Origin: Fonticula-like sp. SCN 57-25
Lineage: Eukaryota
Direction of reading: 5' to 3'
Assembly: GCA_001724245.1 (NCBI GenBank)
Contig: MEDX01000036.1
Span: 1 to 37,241 of the forward strand
Length of the DNA stretch: 37,241 bases
Part shown: piece after piece, positions 32,197 through 37,241 of the stretch
How the letters are laid out: each line of letters starts with the position of its first letter
How positions within the stretch are numbered: position 1 is the stretch's first letter
Position numbers and translations under genes: made by a program
The notes under the pieces: generated by a model
What the model was told of the DNA's origin: nothing
What the model saw: the letters and a program-made list of their open reading frames with translations, nothing else
Database searches by the model: none

Positions 32197-33688
32197 TCAA
32201 TGCTGCTGCTTTCGCTGTTTCCGCTGCCCCTTTTTGCTCGCGCCCTTTTGGGAGGCGCCGCCCATCTCGACCTGCGCGCCCTTTCTCGACGCAGAGGCGC
32301 TCTCGGGAACCTCCTGCTCGGCCACGTGGGGAACATCATCGGCCACGTGGTTGGTGGTAGTCTCTGGCTTGTCTGGCTGATCAGGCTGCTGCTCCCTTGT
32401 GTCCGACTCTGCATCATAAAAGGCCGTTTCTTGCTCGTCAGCGTCCATTTCCGTTGTATCGATATCGTTTTCAGCAGATTTGACGCCCAATTCAGCCGAT
32501 TTACAGTCATTTTCTGCCGTTTCAGCGTCATTTTCCGTAGTTTCAGTATCATTTTCCGTAGTTTCAGCGTCATTTTCTGCCGTTTCAGCGTCATTTTCCA
32601 TAGTTTCAGCGTCAGTTTCCTCGATTTCAGCATCATTCTCGTCCATATTTTCTTCCACCTTGACTGCTCCTTCACTCTCCTGTTCCTCGCCAATGTCCTC
32701 GTACCCGCCGAGCTCCCTCTCCTTCTGCAGCACCATCTCGCGAATCTCCTTACTGTCGGCCGCCTCTGCGAGCGTCAGCCCCGCCTCGTCGCGCTGGTCT
32801 CTCGGGTCGGCGCCCGCCTCGAGCAGCGCGCCGACGCACTCGGCGTTGCCGGCCACCACTGCGTAGAACAGCGGCGAGAGGCCCATTTCGTCAAGAATGT
32901 CCACGTTGGCGCCGCGTGCGAGCAGCTCGCGCACGACGGCGCCGTAGCCGCGGTCGGCCGCCACGTGCAGCAGCGTCCAGCCGGCCTCGTCGGCGTCGTC
33001 GATCGCGCTGGGTGTGTCGGCGAGCATCGCAAGCGCGCGCGTCGGATCGCCGTCGAGAAGCGCATCGACAGGCGTAGCTTCGGACGGCGGCACGGCGGGG
33101 CGGACCTCGTCGGGATGCACCATCGGGCGGCTCACAGAGATGCTAAAGCCGCCGTTCTCGTCGGGCTCGGACTCCGATTCGGAATCGTCGTCGGCATCGG
33201 TGGGGAGCGTGGCGGTCGCGGCAGAGACGCCAAAGGTGTTGTGAAGAAGGTCGAGATACGCGTGCATCGCATCGAGGCGCGACATGCTGCTGTAGTGATT
33301 CCACATGTCCCTGGGGCACGGCATGAGCAACGAGAAAAACAAGCGATGACTGGGCGTACCACTTGGCACACGCCACCATGTCGAGTGCCGATGGCCGCGG
33401 TGAACCGCACGCGCCGTCGTGGGCCACCTTGTACAGCGCGTAAAACGTCAGCTTGGCCTTGTTGCTCAGCTTGACGCCGGTCTGCTGGCGCAGAAACGTC
33501 ACGCCAGCATCAAACTGCGCCGCAAGGGCCGGCGGGATTGGGGCATCGTCCACGGGCTCGGCCGGAGCCGCGGTGCGCTCAGAAGCATCAGGAGGGGGAG
33601 ACGACGGGCGCTTATGCACTTCAATTGAAGGGAAAAAGAGGGGCGCGAGCGCGACGGCGGCCAGCGCGGCCTCGGTCAACCACGACAT
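32197..33688 (-). CDS. Acyl-CoA-binding (ACBP) + ankyrin repeat protein with N-terminal hydrophobic segment (ACBD6 / plant ACBP1-2-like), 2 exons
   Basis: ACBP KLTFYALYKVAHDG…AKWDMW…AMHAY (across a short intron); ankyrins GWTLLHVAADRG and GLSPLFYAVVAG…LLEAGADP; acidic tail. Confidence 0.88.
32505..32640 (-). repeat. 21-bp coding tandem repeat encoding (ENDAETA/T)n
   Basis: About 5-6 copies of the ENDAET-type heptapeptide in the ACBP-ankyrin tail. Confidence 0.85.
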
Positions 33689-33713
33689 GCGCTGATCACC
33701 GGCCGACACCGTT

Positions 33714-33740
33714 ATCACGTGACGTGACCAATCACGTGAT
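33714..33740. promoter_or_regulatory. Paired TCACGTGA E-boxes with CCAAT upstream of the ACBP-ankyrin gene
   Basis: ATCACGTGAC 33714 and ATCACGTGAT 33731, with CCAAT between them. Confidence 0.55.
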
Positions 33741-33899
33741 AGTATTTGCGACTTGCTTGCTTGCTTTGAAGAAGGAACTGAACGTGAATGAATAGCGCAG
33801 AGAGTGACACTGGTACTGGTTGCATTGCAGTCATTATTGTATTACAGACAAAAAGTGTGTCTACAAACAGGCACAAATCATTTATTATTTTGAACCACA

Positions 33900-36829
33900 T
33901 CAGAAGCGCCTTGCCGAAAACTTGTTGGGCATGTCGGCAATCGCCGTCCACGATCGAGCCCACTCATCATCCTCATGCGCGCGATGCGCACTCACCAACT
34001 CGAGTAGACGCTCCGCCGTCGCCTCCGACACACCGCACGACAAAATCACGCGCTGTGCTGTCAGCGAACAGAGGCATGCGCCGTTCCATCCAGCGGCAGA
34101 TACCGCTTCAAATTCATCGCCCTGTCCTCTCAGCCATGCCGATGCCGCCGCCACGTCCCACCACAGCATTTGGTCTGCGTTTTCTTGCGCGCCACGCTTC
34201 GCTGCCGCCACGTGCAGCACCAAACTACAAGCGTCTGCAAACGAAAACGCGCGACGTTCCACGTCCCACAAACAAAAGCGAGCAAGGTGAGCACCCGACA
34301 CGTGTCCGTACACGGCCGCCATGTGCCCCAGTCCGACGTCGTGCAGCCACTGCCGCACCATGTCGCTGCTCAGCTCCGCCACCTTACAACCCGCCAAGTG
34401 CTCTGCCATCTTTTCAAGCAAACTTTCACAGACAGCGGCCTCTTCCCTTCCATCGTCGCGCCTCTTTTTCGCCATCGGCTCGCTCTCCGCAGCCAAACAC
34501 TGCTGTGCTGCCTCCAGGCGCTCGCGCAGAGTCGCCGGGGCGACGAGCGGCGCACACCGCCACAGCTGCGCACCCGAGCGGAACAATCCCGCCGCCAGCA
34601 CGCCCGACGCCGCATTGAACGACAGCGACTTGATCTGGCCAGCAAGGTTAGTGCATCATACATGAATCACCGACGGCGCACCATGTCCAACGCCTCAAAT
34701 GTCGCCACTGCATATGCGCTTTCACGGCGACACACACGAATCAAGCGATCCGCGGTCGCAATAATGATAAACTTGTCGTCGCCGGTGAACGCAGTGCCGG
34801 TGATCTTTGGTGTCCCATTCCCAGTTATCATCGACGGCAGTTCAGCAAAGAGGGACCCTTCAATAACCGGCGGCGCGTCAACATTCATGGCCGAAATGTC
34901 GTACAAAAACACTTGAGAATGAGCCGCAACGGCAAGGAGAGTTTCGGCGTGGTTGAAGCAAAGAGTGCCCTGTGCTCGTATGTCAGCGCAAAAGCCAGAA
35001 CAGAATGCATTCGTACATCAGTTTCAAAATCCCTATTAGTAACATCCCACTGAAGGTTCAAGTCGGCTGCACGCGTCCAGACGTTACCATCGCGCACAAA
35101 AAGTGTCGCGCCCGAGTCGCCAGTGCCAACGGCAAGCAAGCGGCCTGACGGTGACAGTTTGAGAGATCCATACTCGTCCTACAATGGTGAGCATCATTCT
35201 AACGCGGACAAGGACTGCGTACTCTCCTGCGTTTGCTATCTTTCTCCACCTCGAGAAGCAAGTGCTTCTCGGCATAAGTGGTCGCGTCCAACGCCACAAC
35301 TCGACCAGGTTTACGGTCATACACAATCAAGTCGCCGTTCGGGTCAACCGCAAACTTTATCTACATGCGCATTATTAGACCACCATCATTAAACCACGCA
35401 AAGCAACATCCGAAAGACGAACCTCAATAGGAAAGGAGTGCATAGCGTCAATCTGAAAGGGCGCATCCACCGACGATCTCCAAATTCGGACAATCCCTTC
35501 TGATTTAGAGGCAAAGAGCTGAAGGCCATCATATGACCATTCAACGCACACACGGTGACTAGACTTGGTCAATCCTTGAAAATCAAAAATTGCCAGTTCG
35601 ACGCCATCGGCAACCCTGAAAATGCGAACATCGTATTCTGATGTGAGTGCGATGAGCGTTCCATCGGGCGAGAGTCGACACGGATGGTAATCGACCTGCC
35701 TCGCGACATTAGTACACATACAAAGAGGCACTTTACGCACCCAACCAACTCCTCGACTCGGTGCACCGTCAAAAGGCACGCTAGGAATATCGAGCAGTCG
35801 GTCGTTTACAAACTCGAGAGGGCACAAGGAGGCCGCAAATGGCTGTGACAGCACCTGTTGCTTCCTGCGAAGAATGTTTGTAACGTATTCGTAGTTCACT
35901 TGCACTGGGAACCTATCATGGTAATTCAAACCACTAACCTATAGCTCCGCTCATGTCGTCAGAATACAACAAACGTAGCAATAGTGCGCACCTCGTGCAC
36001 CCCGAAATCAGAGACGTGTACGACCGCGTCATCAAGCACCGCACACAAATGTACGCCCTCGCTCGAATCCGAAAAGATAAAAGCGCCGTCAGGCGAAAAA
36101 TGCACTTTGCCCCAACGCGTCCATTCAGGATCGCGTTTAATTTGGCGACGCGGAGTAGTGGGCCACTCGTCCCCTTCCGCCGGGATCTGCCACGTCGAGA
36201 CGCCTCCGTGATGGTCTGCAATCAGCACGTCGTGACCCGTGCACTCAAAGCAGACGGCCAGGTGGGTTCGCTGAAGATCTTTGTCATGGCAGAGCGACGC
36301 TACCCGAGTCCAGCCCGATGACGCAAACACCGAAACGATGCCGCTGCCATCGCAGACCGCAAGATGCTTTCCAGAGGGGGAAAACTCGCAGCCCGAGCAG
36401 CCCTTGATATCCAGCGTGGCCACAATGGCACAGTCGCCAAACAAGTCTATCAGCACAAATTCACACTCACAAGCCGCCGCAAGCAAGCCACCTACGCTCT
36501 TACTCAAGTAATGAGCCCTACACTCGCACGCATGAGTGTGAAGTATCTCGCGTCGGAAACTGAAACTACCAGGTGCCCCGGTGCGTTCAAACCAGGCAAT
36601 GGTGCCTTTTGTCGAATAAGCAAATATGGACATGTTGTCAGCCGACCATAATACATATTTCGTGGTGTCCAGCTACAAACATGATCAGAGGCATGCTCAG
36701 CGGCAAAAGACACGTACCATTGCACCACCGGTCAGCGGCGCCTCCACGTTGGTAACCTTTCCACTAGCCATATCCAGCATTTCAAGTGATCCAGGCTTGG
36801 CAACGACAGTATAAGTGCCATCTGGCGCA
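33900..36829 (-). CDS. WD40 / coiled-coil / tandem SAM-like protein (paralogue B); 5' end interrupted or outside the window
   Basis: The track's minus ORFs join through short GT-AG introns (LAPDG, FSPSGKHLAV, FSPDG, LSPDG, WSYDG, LSPSGRLLAVG, LSFN). C-terminus VRQWLHDVGLGHM…SFADA…AGWNGACLCSLTAQRVI…DEWARSW is clearly homologous to 9270-9746. Confidence 0.75.
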
Positions 36830-37241
36830 AGTAGTATATAGGGGCACCCGAGTGTAACGGAGGGTCCCCGTATACTACTCGTCTGCACCGCAGGTGTGGA
36901 CCGCAAACCGCTGCAAATACCGTACAAAAACCACCTAAATCATACCCGTCCCCAGTTCGGTCGATAAAGTCTATCAAAAAACGCCCCGTATACTACTGTC
37001 CGCACCGCAGGTGTGGACCGCAAACCGCAGCAACTACCGTACCAAATCCCGACCACCCAAAAGTACACCCTACCCAGTTCGGTGGGAATGACCGATCAAA
37101 AAAGCCAATTTTCCCACCCCTGCGCGACCCCATTTTTGATCACCCTTCAAGGTACCCCATCAGCCCAAACGTCCAAAAACCCCGAGGCGCGTGTGGCCCG
37201 TTCGGTCCATATGACCGATCGAAATGTGTGATTTGACGCCC
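36830..37241 (+). mobile_element. Putative terminus of a repeat or mobile element: terminal palindrome plus ~118-bp tandem repeat
   Basis: Imperfect palindrome 36830-36879 (AGTAGTATA..GGGGCACCC…GGGTCCCC.TATACTACT); direct repeats 36866-36981 and 36984-37103; partial third tail near 37200-37224. No transposase in view. Confidence 0.5.

Noticed and set aside
32188-33474. 428-aa plus-strand ORF with FSVIFCR repeats
   Set aside because: Antisense shadow of the ACBP-ankyrin gene and its 21-bp repeat.
33900-36977. Chain of broken ORFs suggesting a pseudogene or alternative genetic code
   Set aside because: The breaks examined are bridged by canonical short GT-AG introns that keep the frame; the standard code works for all genes here.

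Overview
Gene-dense eukaryotic DNA, most likely from a unicellular amorphean or holozoan-type protist (the species cannot be determined from sequence alone). It has GC-rich exons, GT-AG introns (donors mostly GTACG/GTGCG; many about 45-60 nt, some 150-350 nt and low-complexity) and very short, often divergent promoters. About 19 protein genes were reconstructed by hand-splicing: a bacterial-type MoaB, RPL37A, a LIN37-like protein, RhoGAP-SH3, a TMEM198-like protein, two WD40-coiled-coil-tandem-SAM paralogues, a COX20-like/PPR fusion, PEX2, VIT-vWA, an RlmI-like methyltransferase, an Egt2/LCD-like PLP lyase with a signal peptide, C2-C2-RasGAP, an ABCG transporter, a small H4-like histone-fold protein, ACBP-ankyrin and two unknown proteins. 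The best candidate for a new system is an intronless, compositionally atypical 952-aa ORF (14365-17223). Its motifs are colinear with the antiviral SAMD9/SAMD9L family (Schlafen/AlbA_2 nuclease, SIR2-like region, STAND-like NTPase), but it lacks the SAM, TPR and OB parts. The window ends in a palindrome plus tandem repeat that looks like a mobile-element terminus interrupting the second WD40-SAM gene. All family calls come from motif recognition from memory; no database search was run.
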